A stretch of DNA of 64,000 nt from an uncultured Candidatus Micrarchaeota archaeon. Its GTDB lineage: Archaea > Micrarchaeota > Micrarchaeia > Micrarchaeales > CABMGC01. Where the stretch lies: the NCBI GenBank assembly GCA_963833485.1, contig CAWHXT010000006.1, positions 31,900 to 95,899 of the forward strand, read 5' to 3'. The notes under the pieces are model-generated. The model was not told where the DNA came from and searched no databases. It saw only the letters and a program-made list of their open reading frames with translations. A program made the translations under genes and the position numbers. Below, in pieces: positions 1-8,424 of the stretch (position 1 is the first letter of the stretch; each line of letters opens with the position of its first letter).

Positions 1-153
1 AGAGAATGAGACTATCGACCCCACAAGAAAGGTAAGAAAAAGCAGCGGTATCGTTCCTATGCTCGATGCCCCCACCGATGATATGATCGGTAGGAACGAG
101 AGCTCTAACACTGCTAGGCCTATGAACAAGTAACCGATCTGCTTTTGTAACAT
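1..153 (-). CDS. partial membrane protein (N-terminal part; gene continues past the window start)
   Basis: ATG at 151-153 on the minus strand opens a hydrophobic frame, MLQKQIGYLFIGLAVLELSFLPIISSVGASSIGTIPLLFLTFLVGS, that runs off the edge. No family recognised. Confidence 0.35.
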   Translation of the reverse strand, partial: MLQKQIGYLFIGLAVLELSFLPIISSVGASSIGTIPLLFLTFLVGSIVSFS

Positions 154-256
154 CAATCCAACTTTACTGTTTAATTTATTAATAATATCCAAATGTTCCA
201 GAATATTTGCCGTATTCTGTCAAAATGTATATTAGGCTTTGCAACGAATCTAAATC

Positions 257-1294
257 ATGCCAATCTATGGTTTTAGGACCCACAGCATACTGAGAGCGCT
301 TAGCGAAGATTCACGGATCTCGATAACAGAGCTTGCTAAGATTCTGAAATGTTCTAGAATAACTGCGGCAAGGCTCCTTGACAATGTAACGAAGCAGTTC
401 GACATAAAATTCGGCATAGAATTGGATGAGGATAGGCTTGGAATGACACAGAGGCACCTCCTGCTTATAAAGCTGGAAAAGAAGCCCAGGCTTGACGAAC
501 TTCGCAAGATGTTTGCTACAGATCCATATGTAAACTGCGCCTTTATGTGCGATGGTGGTTTCGATCTCATGATACACTCAATAGCGAATAGCCCGATGGA
601 CTACACAGTGTGGGAAAGTCTTCTTCCTGGAAAATTGGCTGATTATGGAGTGGATATCTACCCAAGCCAGTTGATGCTTACCAATTTTGGATACTGGCCA
701 GTCAACCCGCAAACCCTGCTTGCGATGGCAGATAACGTAGACGTCAAGGACAAAGAGCTGCTGGCTCTCCTGAGTGAGAACAGCAGGCTTGGGATTAGTG
801 AGATAGCATCAAGACTCAAGATAGGCAGGACGACGGTGAATTATCGTATGCATGTGCTTCATAAAAGCGAATTCATAAAACGTTTTACCATATCGCTCAA
901 CAAACCATTGTCGGAATATATTCTAGCCTATGCCACAAACTACCACTTCAACAAGACCTCACATCTAAGATCGATCAAGATGATGGAATACTATAAGGGC
1001 TATGATGAAAAGCTACCACTTATGAACACCTTTCAACTTTTAGCCCCAATGAGTGGCAGCTACAGGTTCTTGGGGATTTCACTTTTTGACAGTTATGCAA
1101 GTGCAATGAAGGATGCAATAAAAGCACATAAAGAGATATTCAACCAGGAGAATGTGAAGATAAAGCACGCCAGAATTTTAGATATAGTTAAGGGCTCTTA
1201 TCCTTTCAGGAATGTTGATATCTACAGCAATTACAGAAGATTTAAGTGGAGTACCAGTGCACTAGGGAACACTTTACAAAATGACAAAAATTGA
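257..1294 (+). CDS. Lrp/AsnC-family transcriptional regulator with two tandem wHTH domains
   Basis: 345-aa ORF with two AsnC-type HTH segments: ILRALSEDSRISITELAKILKCSRITAARLLDNV and KELLALLSENSRLGISEIASRLKIGRTTVNYRMHVL. Confidence 0.75.
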   Translation: MPIYGFRTHSILRALSEDSRISITELAKILKCSRITAARLLDNVTKQFDIKFGIELDEDRLGMTQRHLLLIKLEKKPRLDELRKMFATDPYVNCAFMCDGGFDLMIHSIANSPMDYTVWESLLPGKLADYGVDIYPSQLMLTNFGYWPVNPQTLLAMADNVDVKDKELLALLSENSRLGISEIASRLKIGRTTVNYRMHVLHKSEFIKRFTISLNKPLSEYILAYATNYHFNKTSHLRSIKMMEYYKGYDEKLPLMNTFQLLAPMSGSYRFLGISLFDSYASAMKDAIKAHKEIFNQENVKIKHARILDIVKGSYPFRNVDIYSNYRRFKWSTSALGNTLQNDKN

Positions 1295-1330
1295 CAAATA
1301 AGATTGACAAAAGGTTGACTGTATAAATAT
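1281..1330 (+). promoter_or_regulatory. four phased TGAC(A/T) direct repeats followed by a TATA-like box
   Basis: aTGACAAAAA (1281), TTGACAAATAAGA (1291), TTGACAAAAGG (1303) and TTGACTG (1315) are spaced 10-12 bp apart, followed by GTATAAATAT at 1321-1330. The array overlaps the stop codon of the Lrp-like gene. Confidence 0.4.
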
Positions 1331-1896
1331 CAGAAATTGCACAGTACCTATCAAAGTAAAGTGGGGAAGGGTATATGTCGGAAAAACTTAGGGCAGAGTA
1401 TAATTATTTTCATGCTGGTTTTACCGCTCTTTTGAGTGGGACCTTTCTGTCATCCTTGGGCGCAGCGATGCGCCCTCTTATCTCTATGATGGTGCTGATG
1501 AATAGCGTTGGTGAGAAGCGCTATGGAGGAGATTAGGTGCGTGAAATGCAAGAGGCTGGTGATAAGCGTGGTGGATCTGCCTGCCGGAACTATAGCTGTA
1601 AGGAGATGCATTGCATGCTGCCATTCGTTGAATATGAAGATGGATTGATGCTTTTATGCAAAAGATGGGGAAATGATAGGGAAAATAATAGAAGGAATAA
1701 TTGGGGAAAGGGGATCGCCTGACAACAGCAGCAGGCCGATAAGGGTAATACAGGATAGCGCGAATTCCTGGAGGATCGTTTACGCTGACTGATAGCCAAA
1801 GCCGGTCGGTCCAGAAGCTGCGCAGCGCAGACGGTGTTACATTAGCCGTCTGACTCCCACTCTCAGCCGGCCGGCGGCTAACACGATGGGGATTAA

Positions 1897-2151
1897 ATGA
1901 AAAATATATTGTCGCTTGTATTGAAAAGAAACAAGAAGGAAACCATAGAAGGAGCCTATAAGTGCTGGATCTGTGAAGCTGTGATCAAGGAGAACATAGA
2001 CTTCTTGTACCACATACACGAGTGTGATGCGGTGAAGAAATCGGGGCTGCCATTGCAGTACGACAACGAGTCAGGAAAGTGGAACTTTGACAGGAAGGCG
2101 CTGCTGGACAAAAACAAGATGAATGCCCAGCAATCTATAAATACCAAATGA
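1897..2151 (+). CDS. small hypothetical protein with a C2H2-like zinc-finger motif
   Basis: 84-aa ORF with the motif CWICEAVIKENIDFLYHIHEC (CxxC-x12-HxHxC). It sits 15 nt upstream of the next ORF. Confidence 0.5.
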   Translation: MKNILSLVLKRNKKETIEGAYKCWICEAVIKENIDFLYHIHECDAVKKSGLPLQYDNESGKWNFDRKALLDKNKMNAQQSINTK

Positions 2152-2166
2152 ATCAACTAGTATCAA

Positions 2167-3294
2167 ATGGGGGTAAAGGTGGAGACAAGATTAATCGCGC
2201 CAAAACAAGTTGAAGAACAGGAGGAGCCGAAAATAACAGCCTTGCCCAATTCTGATTTTGCTGCTCATTTTAAATACTATCCAGAAGAGGCATTAAGAAA
2301 ATCCATCAATCCCATATTAAACGAAAATCTGAAAAGCTCGTTCTTATTTGAAATCGAAGGCTTTGGTAATTATCATGCCATATTCGCATTCAAGAATCGA
2401 AAAGAGGAGGATTCTTATTCGAGTAGACCACTGACGATGGACTACAATGAAGATATTTTAAGTATAAAACCTATCAGTAACAAAGACCAGATAGCGCTTG
2501 GAACAAAAGTTGGAAAGCTATCGCAAGCCATGATTGAATGTTTTGGGGATGCACTCCGTTTCTATCCTTGGAAAATGATAAAATTGCCAGGTGGCTTTGT
2601 TGTAGATGGACATAATGAAGAAGAATTCACAATGGCAACTGGTGGTGCATTGGGAATCAAAGTAAGTGTGGATGTAGCGCGATACCTTAATAAAACACTC
2701 AAGGAAGGGGATAATCTTCTTACAAAGGACACGATGCTTTTTATCACTTCGTCTTTTGTTCATGAGTTTGCGCATTACGAAAAACCGTTGACAGTATCAA
2801 TAAAAAGTGAAACTGTGAGTTTTATATCAGAGATGGCGTACAGCATAACAAATAATGGCTGTTTGCCTTCAAATATGATCCATGATGTTAAAGATTTGTA
2901 TGACGACTTAAAAGAGTCATACAAAGGACGTTATAAACTTCAAAAATTACAGAGATTTGGGATTCATTCGAAAGGTGAATATATTGCAACAGTTATAATA
3001 GCCGCTATCTTATCTGAGAAAAATAGAAAAATAAGAGACAAACTAAGCAGCGATTCCACAGACTTAAAGTTAAAGGCATTGAAAAATATATTCAAAAATA
3101 TGCCTTTGTTCATAAACGATGAAGATAAAAAGCATTTATATAGAAGGTTTGAAGACATTATGATTGCTGACAACACTGAAAAATGTATAATTTTAGAATT
3201 TCAAACTGCTGTAGAAGGGTTTGGAATTAAGAATGCAGAAACGTTTATATCGAAAAATGAGGTGTCTTTATATGGAACCAAAAGAAGAGAATGA
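2167..3294 (+). CDS. hypothetical protein with an HExxH (gluzincin-like) metalloprotease motif
   Basis: 375-aa ORF. It has a single HEFAH motif (SSFVHEFAHYEKP) with a Glu about 23 residues downstream (FISEMAY). No other family signature recognised. Confidence 0.5.
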   Translation: MGVKVETRLIAPKQVEEQEEPKITALPNSDFAAHFKYYPEEALRKSINPILNENLKSSFLFEIEGFGNYHAIFAFKNRKEEDSYSSRPLTMDYNEDILSIKPISNKDQIALGTKVGKLSQAMIECFGDALRFYPWKMIKLPGGFVVDGHNEEEFTMATGGALGIKVSVDVARYLNKTLKEGDNLLTKDTMLFITSSFVHEFAHYEKPLTVSIKSETVSFISEMAYSITNNGCLPSNMIHDVKDLYDDLKESYKGRYKLQKLQRFGIHSKGEYIATVIIAAILSEKNRKIRDKLSSDSTDLKLKALKNIFKNMPLFINDEDKKHLYRRFEDIMIADNTEKCIILEFQTAVEGFGIKNAETFISKNEVSLYGTKRRE

Positions 3295-3637
3295 GCAAGC
3301 TGAAGAGTTAGATGAATATGAAATAAAGATGAATAAGGCAGAGGCGATAATGGATATGATACATAAATATAGGGAGTTTGATGAAGAAGAAAAATTAGTA
3401 GAGAAAGACAGAATGTTATTATTTTATGATATATTAAAAGGATTATTCGAGGCTGGAGAACTTCTTAAGCCAAATGATAAAGGTTTCAAAACAGATCCTT
3501 TGTTTGGAGGATCTAACGCAATAGAATTTGCTTTACCACATCAGGGTGTTGTGGCTATTTGGGCAGAGCCTGAAGATGACAAAGATAAGCACAGCAAATT
3601 TAATATCCAAATACATGTGTATCGACCTATCAGATAA
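3272..3637 (+). CDS. acidic hypothetical protein
   Basis: ORF 3221..3637, with the likely ATG at 3272 (MEPKEENEQAEELDEYE). It overlaps the upstream stop by 23 nt, as in an operon. Confidence 0.45.
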   Translation: MEPKEENEQAEELDEYEIKMNKAEAIMDMIHKYREFDEEEKLVEKDRMLLFYDILKGLFEAGELLKPNDKGFKTDPLFGGSNAIEFALPHQGVVAIWAEPEDDKDKHSKFNIQIHVYRPIR

Positions 3638-3703
3638 AATGGATAGTGTCGTGTTCCGCGGGCCATAAAAAACCTTAAATAGCTGTTTGTGTAAAATATA
3701 ATT

Positions 3704-3898
3704 ATGGCGAACATGAAGACAGAAATGAGTACTCTAGAAAGAAGACTGGGGAACCTAGAGGCGCAGATTACCCTGCTAGCGAACGCTATGAAGAAGAAAA
3801 AGGCCAACGGGCTGGACAAGGGGCTAGAGGAGCTTAGAAAGGGCAAGGTGCATAAGTACAAGTCCGTAAAAGCGCTGGTAAAGGATGTATGGAGCTGA
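3704..3898 (+). CDS. putative type II antitoxin partnered with the downstream RelE-like toxin
   Basis: 64-aa ORF 19 nt upstream of the RelE-like gene. It has a coiled-coil N-terminus and a GLEELRKGKVHKYKSVKAL tail typical of small archaeal antitoxins. Confidence 0.5.
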   Translation: MANMKTEMSTLERRLGNLEAQITLLANAMKKKKANGLDKGLEELRKGKVHKYKSVKALVKDVWS

Positions 3899-3917
3899 TT
3901 ATACCCTGGTGCTCTGA

Positions 3918-4172
3918 ATGACCTATGAAGTACACTTAGCAGATAGCGTCAGAGAGAAACTCAGAAAAAGGGTCAAAAAGGATTCTTTGACTTATAAGAG
4001 ACTTGTAAAATTATTCAATCAGTTCGCAGAGGATCCCTACAGTGTAGGTAAATGGATGCATAGCGAATATGCAGGAGTTAGAGAAAGGCACGTAGGGCAT
4101 TTTGTAATAAAGTATGTAATAAATGAGAATGCAAAAACAGTTACAATAGTAGACTATGAACATCATGCCTAG
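3918..4172 (+). CDS. RelE/ParE-family type II toxin (mRNA interferase)
   Basis: 84 aa. It follows the RelE pattern: MTYEVHLADSVREKLRK...NQFAEDPYSVGKWMH...RERHVGHFVIKYVINENAKTVTIVDYEHH. Confidence 0.7.
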   Translation: MTYEVHLADSVREKLRKRVKKDSLTYKRLVKLFNQFAEDPYSVGKWMHSEYAGVRERHVGHFVIKYVINENAKTVTIVDYEHHA

Positions 4173-4385
4173 TGGAATTGATTATTCTGTTTGTAAGTTT
4201 TGTCATACAAAGAGAACCTTCTCTAATACATCAAGGGTCGCGAGCTGTCTGTCGTCGGCAATGGAAAATAGAATAGCAGTATTGTATCTACTTCGACGTC
4301 ATTTAACGTCGGAACTCCATCGCACGTAACGTACTATGAACTGTGCCTCCATTGAATTCTTCGAAGACAAACTAGATTTGATTTG

Positions 4386-5387
4386 CTATCTGCGCAAATC
4401 AATTATGTCATAGACATCGTTACCTGTACCTATCAGAGTTACAGGTGTATCGAGCTCTGCTTCTATGTCTCTTACAAACTCTTTTGCGTCAGGAGTGATC
4501 TTATCAAATTCTCTTACATGCTCGTTTCCTTTGAATTTCACATCAAGTTTTGTCAAAGCTATCTGTGTTGGACCATTTATCATCACTGCCCTTTTTAGAT
4601 CATAAAAGTTTAGATCAAGACTTATCCTTCTGTTTCTTAAAGTGACTGTTCCTTGCTCCTGATAGCCTAATCTTATTGCCTCCTCTTGAGATATTTCTCC
4701 AGGAAGCGGACCTTCACCCACTCTCGTTGTGAATGATTTTATTACCATCACGACTTCGTGTATCTTCTTTGGGCCCAAGCCGACATCCGCCGCAACTGTA
4801 GAAGCGGTTGTATCCTTTACTGTGCAGTATGGATACCCTCCACCTAAAGTGTTTGACAGCTTGAATCCCTGTGTTCCTTCAATTAAGACGCTTTCAGTAG
4901 CATTAACAGCTTTAGGAACGTCAACTAAATATGCTTCAAGTTCTGGTACAGATGAGATAAGTTCCGCAACGCGCATTGCACGATCTGCTTGCGCTGGACC
5001 CATCCCTCGTTTCGTTGTGCCAATTTTCTTTGAAGCGTCGCCACTATCGCGCTCCTTATGCTCAGCTGTTACGCGCGTTGCAAACGGATCAATACCTATT
5101 CTCTCTTGCACCCCAAACTTTTCGATCTCTGTAAGAAGAACTTCTGGATCTACTAGACAGCCAGGTCCGATCAGTAATCTTGATCTTTCATTTACAAATC
5201 CACACGGAACAAGACTAACAGCATACTTTATGCCATTATACCAAACTGTGTGGCCAGCATTTGCGCCACCTCCGCCGCGTACAGCTATATCAGGATTATC
5301 TTTCCTTGCTAAGTAGCTACAGATTTTTCCCTTGCCAGTATCTCCGTATTGTCCATCAGTTACAATAACTCTTGGCATAAAATTCAC
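4386..5387 (-). CDS. purA: adenylosuccinate synthetase (short archaeal type)
   Basis: 333 aa with the P-loop QYGDTGKGKI and the GGGGANAGHTV motif. Confidence 0.9.
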   Translation of the reverse strand: MNFMPRVIVTDGQYGDTGKGKICSYLARKDNPDIAVRGGGGANAGHTVWYNGIKYAVSLVPCGFVNERSRLLIGPGCLVDPEVLLTEIEKFGVQERIGIDPFATRVTAEHKERDSGDASKKIGTTKRGMGPAQADRAMRVAELISSVPELEAYLVDVPKAVNATESVLIEGTQGFKLSNTLGGGYPYCTVKDTTASTVAADVGLGPKKIHEVVMVIKSFTTRVGEGPLPGEISQEEAIRLGYQEQGTVTLRNRRISLDLNFYDLKRAVMINGPTQIALTKLDVKFKGNEHVREFDKITPDAKEFVRDIEAELDTPVTLIGTGNDVYDIIDLRR

Positions 5388-5592
5388 CCCACATCTCCTT
5401 CACCTTGAACTATTATATAAAGCTTTGGAACATGTTTTTACTATACAAAAGAAGCTTGTGGTAATTCGAAGAACCTATAGTGGTTTTAACAGGAAACTTA
5501 AATAGAAGTCAGGCAAAAGAGCTTAATATAAAATACATAATTGATAATGTAGTAGAACTAGAAAAAGTACCAATTTTTAAAAGTACTTAACT

Positions 5593-5856
5593 TTAATGTC
5601 GTAATGAACACACTACCCCTTGCTTACAATCCGCACATGAAGTAGGTGGGCATGTCCTTACTATATGAGTTAGGTGAATTGTAGCTGGTGAGGACCCATC
5701 GGGCTTTGTGATAACTGCTTGGCTGGTTTTAGGCAAGATCCTTTTTAAGACACCTAGAAGTAGATTTTCTGGAGAATTATTTACGCCACTTAAATCTCCT
5801 GTTCTAAACACGACTTTGCATCCAACATGTAACGCCAATCTATGGTGAGATCCCAT
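5593..5856 (-). CDS. hypothetical small Cys-containing protein (weak call; could be non-coding)
   Basis: 87-aa ORF in a GC-richer patch inside an AT-rich 540-nt gap. C-terminal CPPTSCADCKQGVVC. No homolog recognised. Confidence 0.25.
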   Translation of the reverse strand: MGSHHRLALHVGCKVVFRTGDLSGVNNSPENLLLGVLKRILPKTSQAVITKPDGSSPATIHLTHIVRTCPPTSCADCKQGVVCSLRH

Positions 5857-5926
5857 TTAATCATAATACGTAATTATCTATTATCTTAATATAACTTTTG
5901 TTGCTCTTTGTAATAGAGAATGTTTT

Positions 5927-6472
5927 ATGGAACAAAAGGAGAAAATAGAATTTATAGACATGCATTTTTTCTATGAGGTACAGGAGCTTCTAAATGCGAA
6001 ATTCTTTTTGAGAAAGGTTATGAAAGGAGAAGTCGTTTACAATCTTACAGTGTCTAAATATTATAAAGAACATCCTGAAGAATTTGTCAAATGGCTAGGA
6101 GCTTTATCTATGAATATGGCCATAGAACACTCCCTTTTACACGCAAGGATACTATACGAATTCTACTTCATGCCAAAGCCGAATCCGCACGAACATCCTA
6201 GAGCCATAATGTTCGTGCCAGATTTTCAAGTACCTGCTTTTACTGCTAACATAAAAGAGGATTTTTCGGAAAAAGTGAACAACCAGATCACTCATTTGGG
6301 TTCAAAGAGGTTTGAAGAAGCTTCAAAGAAATTTAGCGCAAGCGAAACTATAGCAATAATTAATGACTTATTGCGCATAACCAAGAAGTTCTTGGAAAGG
6401 CTGCCTGAAGAGTATCATACTGAAAAATTAAAGGAGCTCATAAAGAATATGGATGATTTGATCAAAACATGA
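5927..6472 (+). CDS. hypothetical protein
   Basis: 181-aa ORF with normal composition and an AT-rich upstream region. No family recognised. Confidence 0.5.
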   Translation: MEQKEKIEFIDMHFFYEVQELLNAKFFLRKVMKGEVVYNLTVSKYYKEHPEEFVKWLGALSMNMAIEHSLLHARILYEFYFMPKPNPHEHPRAIMFVPDFQVPAFTANIKEDFSEKVNNQITHLGSKRFEEASKKFSASETIAIINDLLRITKKFLERLPEEYHTEKLKELIKNMDDLIKT

Positions 6473-6576
6473 GTTTCAATCCATTCATCTCTAAATTTTC
6501 ACAGACAAGTTTATAAATTTAACGAACTATCTAGTATTGGCGATTCAGGAAAAGCAGAAGAAAAGCTAGTGCTTCT

Positions 6577-7134
6577 ATGAGATACTTTAAAGCGCAAAGC
6601 TCAATGGAGTATCTAACAGTTTATGGGTGGTCTATAGCAGTAGCAGTAGGTGTGCTTTCGATGCTCTTTGCATTGGGGCTGTTTGAACGAACCACCTTCA
6701 GTCAGTCTGCGTGTACGCCAGTCCCTGGATACTTATGCCAGGTCCCGATCCTCGCAACTAACGGAATGCTCAGCATAGCATTTTCTCAGACGGTGGGAAC
6801 TATAACGATAACTGGCACTAGTTGCACATCAAATACGACTCCCCCGACAACTTTCAATTCTGTGTTCTTCACCGAAGTTTCTGGTTCGGTCATACAACTA
6901 TCTTTCACGTGTCCACTGAAATCTAATACATTGGGTTCAGAATTTACAGGGCATCTGTGGGTTAGTTATAACACATTAACACAATCTGCACTCGTATCAG
7001 ACTTCGCATCAATTACTACTGGAGTGGTGCAGGTGTCTCATAATCCGACATCAACTACCACTTCTACGACAACTAGTTCTACTACTACGACAAAAAAGAC
7101 GACTACTATAAAAAAGAAAGGAACATCGACTTAA
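6577..7134 (+). CDS. archaeal type IV pilin-like protein (class III signal peptide) with a Thr-rich tail
   Basis: MRYFKAQ/SSMEYLTVYGWSIAVAVGVLSMLFALGLF is a short charged leader followed by a Q-S cleavage context, an Glu and a hydrophobic helix. It is a paralog of 15833.. and 16515.. with conserved Cys. The C-terminus is TSTTTSTTTSSTTTTKKTTT. Confidence 0.7.
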   Translation: MRYFKAQSSMEYLTVYGWSIAVAVGVLSMLFALGLFERTTFSQSACTPVPGYLCQVPILATNGMLSIAFSQTVGTITITGTSCTSNTTPPTTFNSVFFTEVSGSVIQLSFTCPLKSNTLGSEFTGHLWVSYNTLTQSALVSDFASITTGVVQVSHNPTSTTTSTTTSSTTTTKKTTTIKKKGTST

Positions 7135-7246
7135 TTTTGGTTATTTAAAGAAAAAAGTTGGATTACACTAACGTTAGCGTGCTTGATTTTATCTCGCACA
7201 GCCTACGCTAGCGTAATCGCATTTTCTAGATGGAGTTTTGTTAGAT

Positions 7247-7591
7247 TTACCTTTCGGCTCTTCGCGCTGATCTCTCTTCTGCTTCTCTTGCAGCCCCCAC
7301 GGCTACTGAAGCTGCGCTGAGTCTATTTTCCTCCCTGTCTTCGCTTACCTCTGCGCTTCTTGCGGCTATCTCTGCTATCCTCTCTTCGGCTAGCACGGCA
7401 GCTGCATCCACTGCAGATTCCTCAGGCTCTCTTGCGCCAGCGGCTCTCAGAGCATTCCTTATCTTCTCTCTGTCCACTGACCTTCTGATGGCCCTTCTGG
7501 CTGCGGAAACCCTTTGTTCCCTCCTGCTTCTTCGCTCATCTGTTCTGTTTCTTCGCTCATTTGTTCTGTTGGTTGTATTTCTTCTTTCCAT
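7247..7591 (-). CDS. Arg/Glu/Ala-rich low-complexity protein, unknown function
   Basis: 114-aa ORF, MERRNTTNRTNERRNRTDERRSRREQR...AREAEERSARRAER. The coding strand is purine-rich and there is an imperfect 20-21-nt tandem repeat at the 5' end. Confidence 0.45.
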   Translation of the reverse strand: MERRNTTNRTNERRNRTDERRSRREQRVSAARRAIRRSVDREKIRNALRAAGAREPEESAVDAAAVLAEERIAEIAARSAEVSEDREENRLSAASVAVGAAREAEERSARRAER

Positions 7592-7687
7592 ACTATCCCC
7601 ATTTCATATTTATGAATTTTCTCCTATATATAGCTAACTATAAGGATAGTGATAGGTGGAAGAAAAAAACAGCTAAATTTACTACCT

Positions 7688-8386
7688 TCAACGTATTAGT
7701 TTCTTATAAGTTTCTTTAAGCGCTTCGCTGGTTTCCTTGTCTGATTCGGTAAGCTTAGGATCCTCAACCTTTAGAATCTCGTCCAGCGTTTTGGCTGATT
7801 CCTCCACAGCCTGTGCCAATTCTGACTTGATAGCCTTAGCAAACTTCTGGGATTGCTCGTACCTTAATCGTACATAAACACCTAGGAAGTAGACAAGTTC
7901 GGCGTTCATAGCAAGGTCAAACTTTTTCTCTTCGTTATGCGATGCGAATACGGCTAAACAAGTATTTTCGATACTAACTTTATCTCTCAAAGGGAAAGAT
8001 AACGCTCTTTTTTGCACGTCTCCTTCAAGAAACTTAAGAATCCGATCTAACTTTTCTACAGTTGTAGTGTTATTTTCTAGATTTTCAAATCCTTGGTAGC
8101 TTTTCAGCGCTTCTTTACAAGCATTTGCAACCTTTAGTACATTTTCATCAGTATCGGCCTCAAGTTCTGGAGAAAACTGGCCACTTTCATGCTTTAGTAA
8201 AAGATCCGACGCTGCCTTTGAAAGAAATCTTAGGGATCCGTTTACAGCTTCAGCATAGTGAAAGTTATCAGACGCTCCTTCCTTTACCCTCTCTGATACA
8301 AAATCAGCATCATTAATCTCTGTTTTTCCAGGTGCAAATGCAGACATATTATCGGATAATATATGCCTTTTTACCTTTTTAAGCAA
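7688..8386 (-). CDS. hypothetical protein
   Basis: 232-aa ORF transcribed divergently from the radical-SAM gene. No family recognised. Confidence 0.5.
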   Translation of the reverse strand: MLKKVKRHILSDNMSAFAPGKTEINDADFVSERVKEGASDNFHYAEAVNGSLRFLSKAASDLLLKHESGQFSPELEADTDENVLKVANACKEALKSYQGFENLENNTTTVEKLDRILKFLEGDVQKRALSFPLRDKVSIENTCLAVFASHNEEKKFDLAMNAELVYFLGVYVRLRYEQSQKFAKAIKSELAQAVEESAKTLDEILKVEDPKLTESDKETSEALKETYKKLIR

Positions 8387-8424
8387 ACCTATATGGATGT
8401 TTTTTACTTATAGAATATGTTACT

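Noticed and set aside
1537-2019. Short ORFs 1537..1722 (+), 1590..1799 (-) and 1837..2019 (-)
   Set aside because: They overlap one another, have odd compositions (CCCC runs, Arg/Asn repeats) and lie in a region with clear RNA-like stems. I treat the region as non-coding or unresolved.
4729-5316. 195-aa plus-strand ORF opposite purA
   Set aside because: It is antisense to a well-supported purA gene and has no motif of its own.
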